Assembly: GCA_963663385.2 (NCBI GenBank)
Contig: CAXXXD010000002.1
Span: 1,440,001-1,504,000, forward strand
Reading direction: 5' to 3'
Source of the DNA: Oceanispirochaeta sp.
GTDB taxonomy: Bacteria > Spirochaetota > Spirochaetia > DSM-2461
DNA length: 64,000 nt
Shown: positions 39,191 through 49,236 of the stretch, in pieces
How the letters are laid out: the number at the start of each line of letters is the position of its first letter
Numbering within the stretch: position 1 is the stretch's first letter
The notes under the pieces: model-generated
Seen by the model: only the letters and a program-made list of their open reading frames with translations
The model's database searches: none
Told to the model about the DNA's origin: nothing
Translations under genes and position numbers: made by a program

Positions 39191-40660
39191 ATGAGTCATT
39201 CAGATGCTCCTTTCACAATAAAAATAATACCCCGGTTTTTATTCTGCTGCAGCGTTTTTACAGTAGCAGCAGGCATGCTCTGTCAGAATCCGGGAGTTCT
39301 GAACAGGACAATCCTCTTTTTCCTTTTATTATTGTCTTCAACTCTCATCCTGCTGGGCAGAAGTGGACTGTTTTTCTCACTGGCCTCCATCATTATCCTC
39401 TTTGGTTTTCAGTATGTACTGCAGCAGTACTCTGTTTCCTATCTGCCTTTCCCCGAAAGTAAAATCTGCTGTATCGAAGGTAAATTGAAGGATGAGCCAG
39501 TATGGTGCGGTGAGTACTCTATCCGACTTTCTCTCCATTGTGATGCTGCAACCTGTTCTGACGGCAATAGTGCGAAATCTGATTCGGATGTAACGGCCTA
39601 TATTAATAAAAACAAATTGAAGGACCCATTCCTTTTGGGCCGCGGGATTCCCGTAATAATAGAAGGACAATTTTCCGGAGAGGAGGGCGGGGCTGCGGCT
39701 CCTGTCTTCAATGGGAAATCTATTCGGGTTGGAACAGGTTCTTCCTGTGCAACCTTACGGCTTGCCATCCTGCAGGCCGTCCGCAGAAAATGCAGTCTGC
39801 TGGGGCGAAATACGGAAATACTGCTTCCGGCTCTGGTTCTGGGGATAAATCATCCGGCCAGGGGAGAATTTGTCGAGCTGTTCCGGAAATCGGGAACAGC
39901 TCACATAATGGCTCTTTCCGGATTTCATGCAGGATTGGCTGGCATCGTTTTATTCCTGATGGGGAAGTTGTTCTTCGGAAACAGAGGCGGTTATGCTTTT
40001 TCGATAGCCGGGCTGCTTGTCTTTCTCTGGCTGGCAGGAATGCGTCCCTCTCTGCTGAGAGCTGTCTGTATGTATTGTATCTTTGCCTGGGGGAAATTAA
40101 CCCAGAGGAATTTCAGCGGGATGAATGTTCTGTTTTTCTCATATATATTAACCGGGTTTATAGACCCGCTTTCCCTGTCCTCTCTTTCCAGTCAGTTATC
40201 CTATCTGGCTTTGGCCGGGATTATAATCAGCGGCATGCGGCTAAACCATCTTTTATACCCCTTGATTCCGGGCTGGCTGAGACTGCCTCTCTGTACTTCC
40301 CTGGGTGCACAGCTATGGACAACCTTCCTTGTTCTTAAGGTTTTTGGCGTTACCTTTCCGGCAGGTCTGATAGCTTCTCTTGTGCTGACGCCCCTGGTTA
40401 CGGTCTATATGTATGGCGGTATCCTGTGGCTGTCTCTTCCTGCGACTTCCTTGAGCATTACGCTTTTTCGTCTGCTTCTGGGCACTATGGAAGGTATTCT
40501 GGTAAAAGTCGGTACCATCTTTGGAAACTTTCCCCCCATTGAGCTGATTATGCATGGACCGGGTCCTTTTCTTCTATTGTTTATTCCTGTATTATTACTC
40601 GAATTCCACATTCCCGGAGCGATCATTCATGGAAAAAGAAAAACTGGATTTAAATTATGA
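39191..40660 (+). CDS. comEC: ComEC/Rec2 family competence protein
   Basis: FR.SGTAHIMALSGFH, PS..RA, SSQLSY.A..GI. Confidence 0.85.
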   Translation: MSHSDAPFTIKIIPRFLFCCSVFTVAAGMLCQNPGVLNRTILFFLLLLSSTLILLGRSGLFFSLASIIILFGFQYVLQQYSVSYLPFPESKICCIEGKLKDEPVWCGEYSIRLSLHCDAATCSDGNSAKSDSDVTAYINKNKLKDPFLLGRGIPVIIEGQFSGEEGGAAAPVFNGKSIRVGTGSSCATLRLAILQAVRRKCSLLGRNTEILLPALVLGINHPARGEFVELFRKSGTAHIMALSGFHAGLAGIVLFLMGKLFFGNRGGYAFSIAGLLVFLWLAGMRPSLLRAVCMYCIFAWGKLTQRNFSGMNVLFFSYILTGFIDPLSLSSLSSQLSYLALAGIIISGMRLNHLLYPLIPGWLRLPLCTSLGAQLWTTFLVLKVFGVTFPAGLIASLVLTPLVTVYMYGGILWLSLPATSLSITLFRLLLGTMEGILVKVGTIFGNFPPIELIMHGPGPFLLLFIPVLLLEFHIPGAIIHGKRKTGFKL

Positions 40661-41513
40661 TTCCATTTCGGAAATCAAAGCCCTTCTTGAGATGATGGGA
40701 CTTGGTCCCCGTAAAAGATGGGGTCAGAATTTTCTTATTAACAGAGGAGCCCGAGAAAAGATCATTCGTCAGCTGGATCTGCAGGAGGATGAGAAGGTTT
40801 GGGAGATCGGTCCCGGTCTTGGAGCCATGACAAAAATGGCTGCAGCGTTTCCTGTCGATCTGACCGCTTTTGAGATAGATCCCGGATACGTGGAGTATTT
40901 AAACCGGGCAATGGCAGATTTTCCCCGGTTTCATATTGTCGCAGGAGACGTGCTGAAAACATGGAAAGGGGAAGCCGAAAAGAGCGGCAAACCCCAAAAG
41001 GTATTGGGGAACCTTCCCTATAATGCCGCATCAGCCATTATTGCCGATTTTATTGAGAATGATCTACTGCCCGAGAGGCTGGTTCTTACAGTGCAGAGTG
41101 AAATGGGAGACAGGATGACCGCTGCCTGTGGTTCGAAAAACTACTCTTCCTTCTCCATCCTCTGTCAGTCTGCCTTTGATGTGAAGGATTGCGGCGTTCT
41201 GAATCCGGGGTCTTTCTATCCAGTCCCGCGGGTAGGATCCAAAATAATAATGCTTACGCCTCATGGTAAGTACTCCGATATGAAGGATCCTGTGTTATTT
41301 CATCATCTTATGAGGGATATATTTATTTCCCGCCGCAAAACCATACGGAATAATCTTACATCTATGGGGGGGCACCGTTTCCAGCGTTTTGGTAAGGATG
41401 TCCTTTTTCAGGTTTTCGAAGAGGAGGGTATTGATCTGACCCTGAGACCGGAGAGGGTCTCTGTTGAATCCTTTATCCGTATTTCCAATCGTCTGGCGGT
41501 TCTGGATAAATAG
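40629..41513 (+). CDS. rsmA: 16S rRNA adenine dimethyltransferase
   Basis: GQNFL, EIGPGLGA.T, GNLPYN, FYP.P.V.S, RRKT.RNNL; start ATG 40629. Confidence 0.95.
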   Translation: MEKEKLDLNYDSISEIKALLEMMGLGPRKRWGQNFLINRGAREKIIRQLDLQEDEKVWEIGPGLGAMTKMAAAFPVDLTAFEIDPGYVEYLNRAMADFPRFHIVAGDVLKTWKGEAEKSGKPQKVLGNLPYNAASAIIADFIENDLLPERLVLTVQSEMGDRMTAACGSKNYSSFSILCQSAFDVKDCGVLNPGSFYPVPRVGSKIIMLTPHGKYSDMKDPVLFHHLMRDIFISRRKTIRNNLTSMGGHRFQRFGKDVLFQVFEEEGIDLTLRPERVSVESFIRISNRLAVLDK

Positions 41514-41524
41514 GATTACACGCA

Positions 41525-42193
41525 TTGCCGGAAAAATCTTATGCAAAATGCCCTGTCTGCGGGAGCAGGGCTTCTTTTTTTTATCATCATAAAAAACAGG
41601 AAAGGCGTTTCTTTCTCTGCGCTGACTGCTCTCTGGTTTTTCAGGAGGAGGCGTCCCTGCCTGAACCGGATAGGGAACAGGAACGTTACTCCCTTCATCA
41701 GAACTCCCTGAAGGACAGAGGTTATGTTCATTGGCTGGAGAAATTTATGAAGGAGGCGATCTTTCCCTGGTATCAAACAGGGGATATTCTGGATTTCGGG
41801 AGCGGACCGGAACCGGTCCTGACGAAGCTTTTAAGACAGTGCAATCGGAATGTTTATCCTTATGATAAGTACTTTGCACCCCAATGGCCCGAGGGTAAAA
41901 CATTTTCCATGATCGTGCTGTCAGAAGTCCTGGAGCATCTGGATGATCCGGTTTCAGAATTCAGACGGATAGCAGCAGTAGCGGATAATGGCTGCTTCCT
42001 GACCCTGCAGACATCCTTCCTCCGGAATCTTGACAGTAAAACCTTTTCAGCCTGGTGGTATAAGGACGATATAACCCATAAACGATTCTATTGTGCTTCA
42101 TCCCTTTTGAGACTCGGTCTGGAAAGTGGTTGGGATCTGATTTATCAGGATGGAACGTCGATCGCTGTTTATAAAAAAAGTAGAGACAGGTAA
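41525..42193 (+). CDS. Class I SAM-dependent methyltransferase with N-terminal zinc ribbon
   Basis: CPVC...C..C, LDFGSGP.P, EV.EH, WWY..D.TH. Confidence 0.8.
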   Translation: MPEKSYAKCPVCGSRASFFYHHKKQERRFFLCADCSLVFQEEASLPEPDREQERYSLHQNSLKDRGYVHWLEKFMKEAIFPWYQTGDILDFGSGPEPVLTKLLRQCNRNVYPYDKYFAPQWPEGKTFSMIVLSEVLEHLDDPVSEFRRIAAVADNGCFLTLQTSFLRNLDSKTFSAWWYKDDITHKRFYCASSLLRLGLESGWDLIYQDGTSIAVYKKSRDR

Positions 42194-42207
42194 AACCTGC
42201 CTCTACA
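42173..42207 (-). terminator. Intrinsic terminator downstream of dapA
   Basis: GTAGAGACAGG-TAAAA-CCTGCCTCTAC with T-run on minus strand. Confidence 0.6.
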
Positions 42208-42226
42208 GTAATAGTAATCTTCTAAA

Positions 42227-43102
42227 CTAAATCAGACCCTGATCTGTCAGAACTTTTCTCAGGTATTCCCTGTTACTGTCCGAGGGCGGACAGAGGGGCA
42301 GTCTGAACTCTTCCTCCAGGAGACCCATTAATGCCATGGCAGATTTTACAGGAATCGGATTGGTTTCGACAAACATGGATTTGAACAGGGGAAACAGCTC
42401 ATAATGGATGGTTCTGGCTTTTTCAATATCCCCTCTACGGGCTGCCTGAATCATCTCTTCCATCCACTGGGGGATAATATTGCTGGCTACAGAAACCACA
42501 CCGTTTCCGCCCATTAGAGTCAGGGGAAGAGCCAGGTTGTCATCACCCGAAAGGACATCGAAGTCTGCCGGTTTCCGTTTCAGCACCTCCATCATCTGCA
42601 TCATATCACCGCTTGCTTCTTTTACAGCCACGATATTTTCGTGCTTGGCCAGCTTCATAAGTGTATCCGTTTCGATGTTGACACCTGTCCGGCCTTTGAT
42701 GTTGTAAACCATAACAGGCAGATCCACCGCATCAGCAATGGTCATAAAGTGACGGTACAGGCCTTCCTGTGTCGGTTTGTTGTAGTAAGGAGAAACCTGA
42801 AGGCTGCAGTCAGCACCAATCTGTTTGGCCCGCCTGGTCATTCTGATAGCTTCATCGGTAGAGTTGGATCCGGTACCGGCGATAACCGGTACTTTCCCGT
42901 TTGTCTCTTTTACAACGATTTCAATGACATCCATATTTTCGTCATGAGTTACCGTAGGGCTTTCTCCGGTTGTGCCCACCGGAACCAGTCCGGAAATCCC
43001 TTTTTCAAGCTGAAATCGGACAATCTTCTTCAGAGCATCCGTATCAATCTCTTTATTGCTCTTGAAAGGGGTTACGAGGGCTGTGAAAACTCCGTTAAAC
43101 AT
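42227..43102 (-). CDS. dapA: 4-hydroxy-tetrahydrodipicolinate synthase
   Basis: TALVTPF, GTTGESPT, PYYNKP.QEG, YN..GRTG, KEASG. Confidence 0.96.
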   Translation of the reverse strand: MFNGVFTALVTPFKSNKEIDTDALKKIVRFQLEKGISGLVPVGTTGESPTVTHDENMDVIEIVVKETNGKVPVIAGTGSNSTDEAIRMTRRAKQIGADCSLQVSPYYNKPTQEGLYRHFMTIADAVDLPVMVYNIKGRTGVNIETDTLMKLAKHENIVAVKEASGDMMQMMEVLKRKPADFDVLSGDDNLALPLTLMGGNGVVSVASNIIPQWMEEMIQAARRGDIEKARTIHYELFPLFKSMFVETNPIPVKSAMALMGLLEEEFRLPLCPPSDSNREYLRKVLTDQGLI

Positions 43103-43196
43103 TTAATTATTTCTCCTTATTTCAAACAGTCATGGGCCGAAGCCGTCTGGTATGCTGTTTTATTTCCATTTCAATAGACAGAGAGGCAAACTGCTG

Positions 43197-43940
43197 TCAA
43201 TCCAGAAAGTCCTGCATAAACTCATCTACCGAGAAAATCCCTGAACGGTTATAAAGCCATTCCGCTGCCAGCACGGAACCCAGGGCAAATCCGCCTCTGG
43301 TTCGAGCACTGTGGGATACTTCAATTGTATCAGCCATTGAGTCCATGGTCATCGTATGTATTCCGGGGATATTTCCGACCCGGACAGATGCCACATGAAG
43401 CTGATCGGGTTTAATGGCTCCCGGAGGGTTTCCCGGGAGTATCTCCTTCTTTCTATCCAGATTTTCCAGGATTCTGCCGGCTGCCGTCAGGGCTGTACCG
43501 GAAGGGGAGTCTATTTTCTTGTTATGGTGGTACTCAATCAGAGATACATCATAATCCTCTACCTTATTAATAAGAGAAGCAGCATAGGATGTGAGCCTGA
43601 AAAACAGGTGAGCCCCAATCGAGAAATTTGAACCGTAAAGGATAGCAGCCGAATCATTGGTAAACAGAGACAATACATCCTTTTTTTGTTTTTCCCATCC
43701 TGTTGTGGCTATTACCGCCTTAAGACCGTAACGGCTGTACATCTCAGCCCTTTCTACCAACCCGTCAGGGAGAGCGAACTCGATAACGGCATCTGCCGCA
43801 TCAAGGCTTTTTTCGTCCGGAGTGAGCATATCTCCCATTCCTCCCGGATCAACCCGGGCGACAATGGTGTGGTTCCTCTGTTTAAGGATCTGTTCAACTT
43901 CACGACCCATCCGGCCGTATCCCATCAGGATGATATTCAT
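43197..43940 (-). CDS. dapB: 4-hydroxy-tetrahydrodipicolinate reductase
   Basis: GYGRMG, SNFSIG, E.HH..K.DSPSGTA. Confidence 0.95.
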   Translation of the reverse strand: MNIILMGYGRMGREVEQILKQRNHTIVARVDPGGMGDMLTPDEKSLDAADAVIEFALPDGLVERAEMYSRYGLKAVIATTGWEKQKKDVLSLFTNDSAAILYGSNFSIGAHLFFRLTSYAASLINKVEDYDVSLIEYHHNKKIDSPSGTALTAAGRILENLDRKKEILPGNPPGAIKPDQLHVASVRVGNIPGIHTMTMDSMADTIEVSHSARTRGGFALGSVLAAEWLYNRSGIFSVDEFMQDFLD

Positions 43941-43953
43941 ATTTTTTCCTGTC

Positions 43954-44952
43954 CTAGTCTTCTACCTGAGTCATGGTAACCGATATGGTGTTGACAATAT
44001 CTTCCACGGAACATCCTCTGGAAAGGTCGGAAATGGGTTTGGCAAATCCCTGAAGGAAGGGGCCGTAGGCTCCGGCGTTTCCAAATCTCTGCGCCAGCTT
44101 GTATCCGATGTTTCCAGACTGAAGGTCCGGGAAAATCAGGGTGTTTGCTTTTCCGGCAACTTTTGAACCGGGGGCTTTTTTGGCGCCGACACTTTCCACT
44201 ATTGCGGCATCCAGCTGAAGTTCTCCGTCCACATTCAGTTCCGGTGCTCTTTCCCTCACCAGTTTAAGAGCATCCGTAACCTTGTCTACATTGGGATGGG
44301 CGGCGGAACCTTTTGTAGAGAAAGACAGCATGGCTGTTACAGGCTCTGTCTGAAGGAATGTTTTACAGGATACGGAAGACTGTATAGTAATTTCAGCCAG
44401 CTGTTCAACCGTAGGATCGGGAATTGTCGCGCAGTCCGAGAAGATCATCAGTCCGTCTTTTCCCCACTTTTTATCAGGAAAGTCCATTACAAAGCAGGAT
44501 GAAGCTGAAGATACGCCGGGAGAGGTTTTGATAATGGTAAATCCGGCGACCAGTACTTTTCCTGTGGGATTGTCGGCTCCGGCAACCATGGCATCCGCAT
44601 CGCCTTTGCGGACCATCATGGCTCCCCATTTCAGGCAGTCCCTGATCTGTGCTGCCGCATCCTCTTCAGAAAGACCTTTGTGTTTTCTCAATTCGTAGTA
44701 CTCTTTTCCGTAGGCTTCGGCCAGTTCGGATTTTTCCGGGTCAATGACTGTGAGGCCGTCCAGGGATACGCCGGCTGCTGATGCCGCTGATGCAATGGCA
44801 TCTTCTGCTCCGATAAGGAATACTTCGGATACGATTTTTTCATCCATAACAATTCTTGCAGCTTCCAGAGTTCTGGGTTCGGTTCCCTCGGGAAGAACGA
44901 GTTTCTTCTGCATTTTTATGGCTTGTTCTTTCATATCTGTAACAAATGACAT
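43954..44952 (-). CDS. pta: Phosphate acetyltransferase (short form)
   Basis: LPEG.EPR.L.AA, AMLSFSTKGS, DGELQLDAA, GNIGYK, DLSRGCS. Confidence 0.96.
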   Translation of the reverse strand: MSFVTDMKEQAIKMQKKLVLPEGTEPRTLEAARIVMDEKIVSEVFLIGAEDAIASAASAAGVSLDGLTVIDPEKSELAEAYGKEYYELRKHKGLSEEDAAAQIRDCLKWGAMMVRKGDADAMVAGADNPTGKVLVAGFTIIKTSPGVSSASSCFVMDFPDKKWGKDGLMIFSDCATIPDPTVEQLAEITIQSSVSCKTFLQTEPVTAMLSFSTKGSAAHPNVDKVTDALKLVRERAPELNVDGELQLDAAIVESVGAKKAPGSKVAGKANTLIFPDLQSGNIGYKLAQRFGNAGAYGPFLQGFAKPISDLSRGCSVEDIVNTISVTMTQVED

Positions 44953-45081
44953 TTCTGATCTCCTGATAAAGTGTTATGTATTTCAAATACTATATCCTTT
45001 TTGGGCAAGTAGGAAAATACTCCTTAAGGGGAATTCCTGAACAGTCTTTGCAACTGACTGAAATTATTGTATGATGGGGCC

Positions 45082-45852
45082 ATGCGTGTAGGTGTTTACG
45101 GTTTAGGGCGTTTCGGCGCTTTCTGGGCCGGTTTGTTAGCTGAAACTTTTGAAGTATGCGGGTATTCCAGAAATTCTGACCGAATTACCCCCCAGGGAGT
45201 ACGCAGGGTTTCCTATGAGGAGCTTTTTGAGTGTCAGGTTATTTACCTGTGTAATTCCATTTCATCCATGGAACCTGTTCTGAAGAAGCTTTCAGAGCAT
45301 CTGAAACCGGGGACGCTTGTGATAGACACCTGTTCGGTCAAAGTCTATCCCGTAAGATTGATGAAAGAGCTTCTTCCTGAAAATGTTGAGATTCTGGGAA
45401 CCCACCCGATGTTTGGTCCGGATTCGGGGAAAAACGGTGTTCAGGGTCTTCCCATTGTTGTTTGCCCGGTCAGGGTCAGTGATGACAAATTCGTTTTCTG
45501 GAAGGACCGGTTCAGGAGTATCGGTCTGGTTCTCCAGGAGATGACTGCAGATGAACATGACCGGGAAGCAGCCTACACACAGGGGATTACGCATTTTATA
45601 GGCAGAACTCTGAATGAATTAAATCTTCATCAGAGTGCCATAGGGACATCCGGTTACGATCGTTTGCTTGATATCATCAAACAAACCTGTAACGATCCCT
45701 GGCAGCTTTTTCTTGATCTTCAGAAATACAATCCATATACAGACCGTATGAGGAAGGATCTGCACAGAGGATTGGAAAAAATGCTGAAAACATTTGATTC
45801 TATCGAGAGTTTAGGAGACCTGAATGGCGGAAATTCATTCAAGGAAAATTAA
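45082..45852 (+). CDS. tyrA: Prephenate/arogenate dehydrogenase
   Basis: G.YG.GRFG, D.CSVK, HPMFGP, EHDR..A.TQG.TH; start ATG 45082. Confidence 0.85.
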   Translation: MRVGVYGLGRFGAFWAGLLAETFEVCGYSRNSDRITPQGVRRVSYEELFECQVIYLCNSISSMEPVLKKLSEHLKPGTLVIDTCSVKVYPVRLMKELLPENVEILGTHPMFGPDSGKNGVQGLPIVVCPVRVSDDKFVFWKDRFRSIGLVLQEMTADEHDREAAYTQGITHFIGRTLNELNLHQSAIGTSGYDRLLDIIKQTCNDPWQLFLDLQKYNPYTDRMRKDLHRGLEKMLKTFDSIESLGDLNGGNSFKEN

Positions 45853-46195
45853 GGAACACAGGCTGGATACGGTTCTGGCGGAAGATATAATTTTCAATGG
45901 GGAAGTCTTTTTCTCCAAGGAACTGATGGTAAAGGGAAAACTGGAAGGCCGTATACAGGCGGAAGGTGATCTTTTTATTGGAGAAAATGCTGATGTTAAA
46001 GCTGAAATCGGAGCAAAATCCGTACATGTCATGGGAAAGGTCTATGGGAATGTGACAGCAGAGACTCAGGTGGAACTGTCAGGGTGCGCCGAGGTCGTGG
46101 GAGATATTACCGCTCCCCGGATTTTAATGGAAACCGGATGCCGCTTTGAAGGTGTCAGCCGTATGCTGCCCCGGGAGAACTCAGATGAAAAATAG
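45824..46195 (+). CDS. Bactofilin (polymer-forming cytoskeletal protein)
   Basis: Repeated V.G...G.I.A beta-helix units ending G.RFEG. Confidence 0.85.
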   Translation: MAEIHSRKIKEHRLDTVLAEDIIFNGEVFFSKELMVKGKLEGRIQAEGDLFIGENADVKAEIGAKSVHVMGKVYGNVTAETQVELSGCAEVVGDITAPRILMETGCRFEGVSRMLPRENSDEK

Positions 46196-46823
46196 AAAAA
46201 GAAGAACTGCTTTATTCCTGCTGACAGTGCTGATTCTGCCTCTTTCCGCTCAGGAAAGGGATGCTCTGAAATTATACAGACAGGGGAAATATAATGATTC
46301 CGTAAAAATCTGTCTGGAAGAACTGGCTTCCTATGGGGAAAACCAGATAACCAGACGGATGGACTCTTATACAGTTCTTGGGTGGGCTCTCATCCGGCTG
46401 GGGCGATACGATGATGCTATAAAATACTCCAGGGATGCTCTGAAAATATCCCGTTATGATGCCCGGGTTATTGAAACCATGGGGGAAGCCAATTATTTTC
46501 TGGGGAATTATGAGGAAGGTCTGAACTTCTTTCAGCAGTATGCGGCTCTTAATCCTACGGGTGACAGAATCGGGCAGGTCTATTCCTATATGGGAGAGGC
46601 TTATATCCGGATGGGTCAGTATCAGCATGCGGATATTGCCCTGACAACAGCGCTGTACCATGTTCCTTCTGTTGCTCAATGGTGGTCACGGCTGGGCTAT
46701 GCCCGGGAAGGGGCCGGCAGTACGGACTCTGCCAGAGAAGCCTATAATAAGGCTCTCTCTCTTCAGCCTTCGCTTCAGGAGGCACGGAAGGGGTTGGACA
46801 GGATCCGGGGAACCGAATCGTAA
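46185..46823 (+). CDS. Exported TPR protein
   Basis: Signal peptide and TPR repeats; start ATG 46185. Confidence 0.82.
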   Translation: MKNRKRRTALFLLTVLILPLSAQERDALKLYRQGKYNDSVKICLEELASYGENQITRRMDSYTVLGWALIRLGRYDDAIKYSRDALKISRYDARVIETMGEANYFLGNYEEGLNFFQQYAALNPTGDRIGQVYSYMGEAYIRMGQYQHADIALTTALYHVPSVAQWWSRLGYAREGAGSTDSAREAYNKALSLQPSLQEARKGLDRIRGTES

Positions 46824-46828
46824 TACAG

Positions 46829-48175
46829 ATGAAAGCTTCTTTTTTTACTTTCGGCTGCAAGCTGAATCAGTGTGAAACAGAAGCCCTTGCAGAATCCTTT
46901 GAACAGCAGGGCTTTGAAATTGTGGATTTCGAAAATCCATCGGATGTCTTTGTTGTCAACACGTGTACGGTAACCTCCAAAAGCGAGCAGAAAGCCCGGA
47001 GGATTATACGAAAGGCCAGTCGGGATTATCCGGAATCTCTTGTTCTGGTAACCGGATGTTATGCACAGCTGGAGCCGGACATCATCCGCTCTCTCGGCGA
47101 TAATGTCCTTTCTGTTCCGCTGGATCAGAAAGATCTTATTATGGATCTGGCTGCATTTCTGGGCAGTGAAACCGTAGAAGGGGACGATCTTTATAAGAAA
47201 TCCGGATTCTGGCTGGAAACCCAGGCTCCGGGTGTGGACGATGCTGCAGCCCGGTTCAGGTTTTCCGCTGCGGATTTCAATTTCCACTCAAGGGCTTTTC
47301 TGAAGATCCAGGACGGCTGTGATAACCGCTGTGCCTACTGCAGGGTCTGTCTGGCCAGAGGGGCTTCTGTCAGTCTGGACAGTGACACCCTGATGTCCCG
47401 TATAAAGGAACTGGAGAGTGCCGGTTACAGGGAAATTGTTCTGACCGGAGTTAATATTGATTCCTACCGGGACGGGGAGATGAATTTATCGGACCTGCTT
47501 GAAAGAATCCTGGAGGAGACCAGTCATTTCAGAATACGATTATCCTCTCTCGAACCCAAGACTCTATTAAGCCGCGATTTAAGTATACTCTCTCATCCGA
47601 GGATATGTCCCCATTTTCATGTATCGGTTCAATCCTGTTCCGATAAGGTACTGCAGCGTATGAATCGGCCCTATCTGACAGATTCTGTGAGACAGGCGGT
47701 GGAAAGGTTGAGAACCCTAAAATCGGACCCCTTTCTGGCAGCCGATATAATTGCCGGTTTTCCCGGAGAGAGCGAGAGGGAGTATCAGGAGACTCTTACG
47801 GCTCTGGAAAAGCTGCAGTTCTCCCGGATTCATGTTTTCCCTTTTTCCGCCCGGCCCGGAACTGCAGCCTGGCAGATGAAACCAGCTGTTCCCGAAAGGG
47901 TAACGGGAGAGAGAACCCGAGCCATCCGTGAAATTTCACAGCGCTCTCATAAAGCCTATTTTGACCGCTGGATCGGGAGGGAGGTCTCTGTTTTGCTTGA
48001 GGAGAGAAAGGCCATTGATGGAAAAGTGTACTGGGAGGGAACATCGGAAAACTATCTGAAAGTTCGAATCCCTGAGAACCAGCTCAGCGGCAGTGAAGAA
48101 CAGCTCAGGGGAGCCCTTGTTTCCTGCCGGGTCGAGTATCATAGCGGTTTTTCCTGTTTCGCCAATATTTTATAA
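46829..48175 (+). CDS. mtaB: tRNA t6A37 methylthiotransferase
   Basis: TFGCKLNQ.E, NTCTVT, RAFLKIQDGC.NRC.YC, HVFPFS.RPGT. Confidence 0.92.
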   Translation: MKASFFTFGCKLNQCETEALAESFEQQGFEIVDFENPSDVFVVNTCTVTSKSEQKARRIIRKASRDYPESLVLVTGCYAQLEPDIIRSLGDNVLSVPLDQKDLIMDLAAFLGSETVEGDDLYKKSGFWLETQAPGVDDAAARFRFSAADFNFHSRAFLKIQDGCDNRCAYCRVCLARGASVSLDSDTLMSRIKELESAGYREIVLTGVNIDSYRDGEMNLSDLLERILEETSHFRIRLSSLEPKTLLSRDLSILSHPRICPHFHVSVQSCSDKVLQRMNRPYLTDSVRQAVERLRTLKSDPFLAADIIAGFPGESEREYQETLTALEKLQFSRIHVFPFSARPGTAAWQMKPAVPERVTGERTRAIREISQRSHKAYFDRWIGREVSVLLEERKAIDGKVYWEGTSENYLKVRIPENQLSGSEEQLRGALVSCRVEYHSGFSCFANIL

Positions 48176-48325
48176 CTGCCAGAGAACTGTTCCCGTATTG
48201 ATTTATCAGGGATCTGTGATAAATTTAAAGTAGGATTTTTGTTTTTATAGTGCAGAAAGTACTATAATTATACAAACTTTATAAAAATTCATTTACAAAA
48301 ACTTGTAGTGATTATGGAGGAAAAA

Positions 48326-49225
48326 ATGAACAGAAGAATATTCCATTTTACAGTTATACTGCTGGTCATTCTGTTTATGGCCGGTTGCAACCCCTTTACA
48401 ACCAACATCTACAGCGGTTTTGACAAGTATAAAATGCCCGATCTCGGTGATGTGGACGATGTTTTGAGTGCGGCCCATGATGCTTCATTTTATGAGAATC
48501 TGGAGGATGATGAGGATGCCAAGGCGGAAGTTCTTGAAACCCTGGAGGATACCTACAACGACCCCGATGTAGATGACGAAACCCGGCAGGAAGCTGCCCT
48601 GATGGCGGTCGATGTACATTTGAAGACTTCCAACACGGAAGATACAATGACAAACTTCAATGACCTGATCAGCGATGCAGCCAACGGGGAAGAGGTTTAT
48701 GATGAGGATGATGGGCCGGAAATCCTGTTTAAAAGCCTTTTTGGCGATCCTCCCTACCCGGAAGGCACTCCTGTTACAGATTCCAAGCGGGTGGACTATA
48801 CGGCAAATGTGAGGGTTCAGCTCCAGGCTTTTCTCTATTCTGTCGAACCGCTGGAAGCCTATGGGGCCATTTTGAAATCCGGTGCTCCCGCCCCTCCTGA
48901 TACGAACCGGGGTGATACGTCAACCAAGGCTCTTATGTCGGGTCTGGTACGGTTCATCTGTTACAGTCTGGACAGCGATAACGATAACAGCGGCAGCGGC
49001 GAATATGTGGCCGGTATTGAAGAGGGCGACCTTGATACCATGGCCTATTTTCTGGCCGATCCCGATCCGGAAGCCAGTCTGGAGGACGAGTACAATCGGG
49101 AGCCTGAACAGCCTGAAGATGAGGATGATGAGATTAAATTCTACCTGTCAGATCCTGTGACCGGCGATGACGGACTTTATTATGCCGCTAACGATGGCTT
49201 GAATCTCAAAGAGCTGATGGATTAA
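48326..49225 (+). CDS. Highly acidic hypothetical lipoprotein
   Basis: SD GGAGG, lipobox MAGC, D/E-rich mature region. Confidence 0.75.
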   Translation: MNRRIFHFTVILLVILFMAGCNPFTTNIYSGFDKYKMPDLGDVDDVLSAAHDASFYENLEDDEDAKAEVLETLEDTYNDPDVDDETRQEAALMAVDVHLKTSNTEDTMTNFNDLISDAANGEEVYDEDDGPEILFKSLFGDPPYPEGTPVTDSKRVDYTANVRVQLQAFLYSVEPLEAYGAILKSGAPAPPDTNRGDTSTKALMSGLVRFICYSLDSDNDNSGSGEYVAGIEEGDLDTMAYFLADPDPEASLEDEYNREPEQPEDEDDEIKFYLSDPVTGDDGLYYAANDGLNLKELMD

Positions 49226-49236
49226 GGGGGAACTGG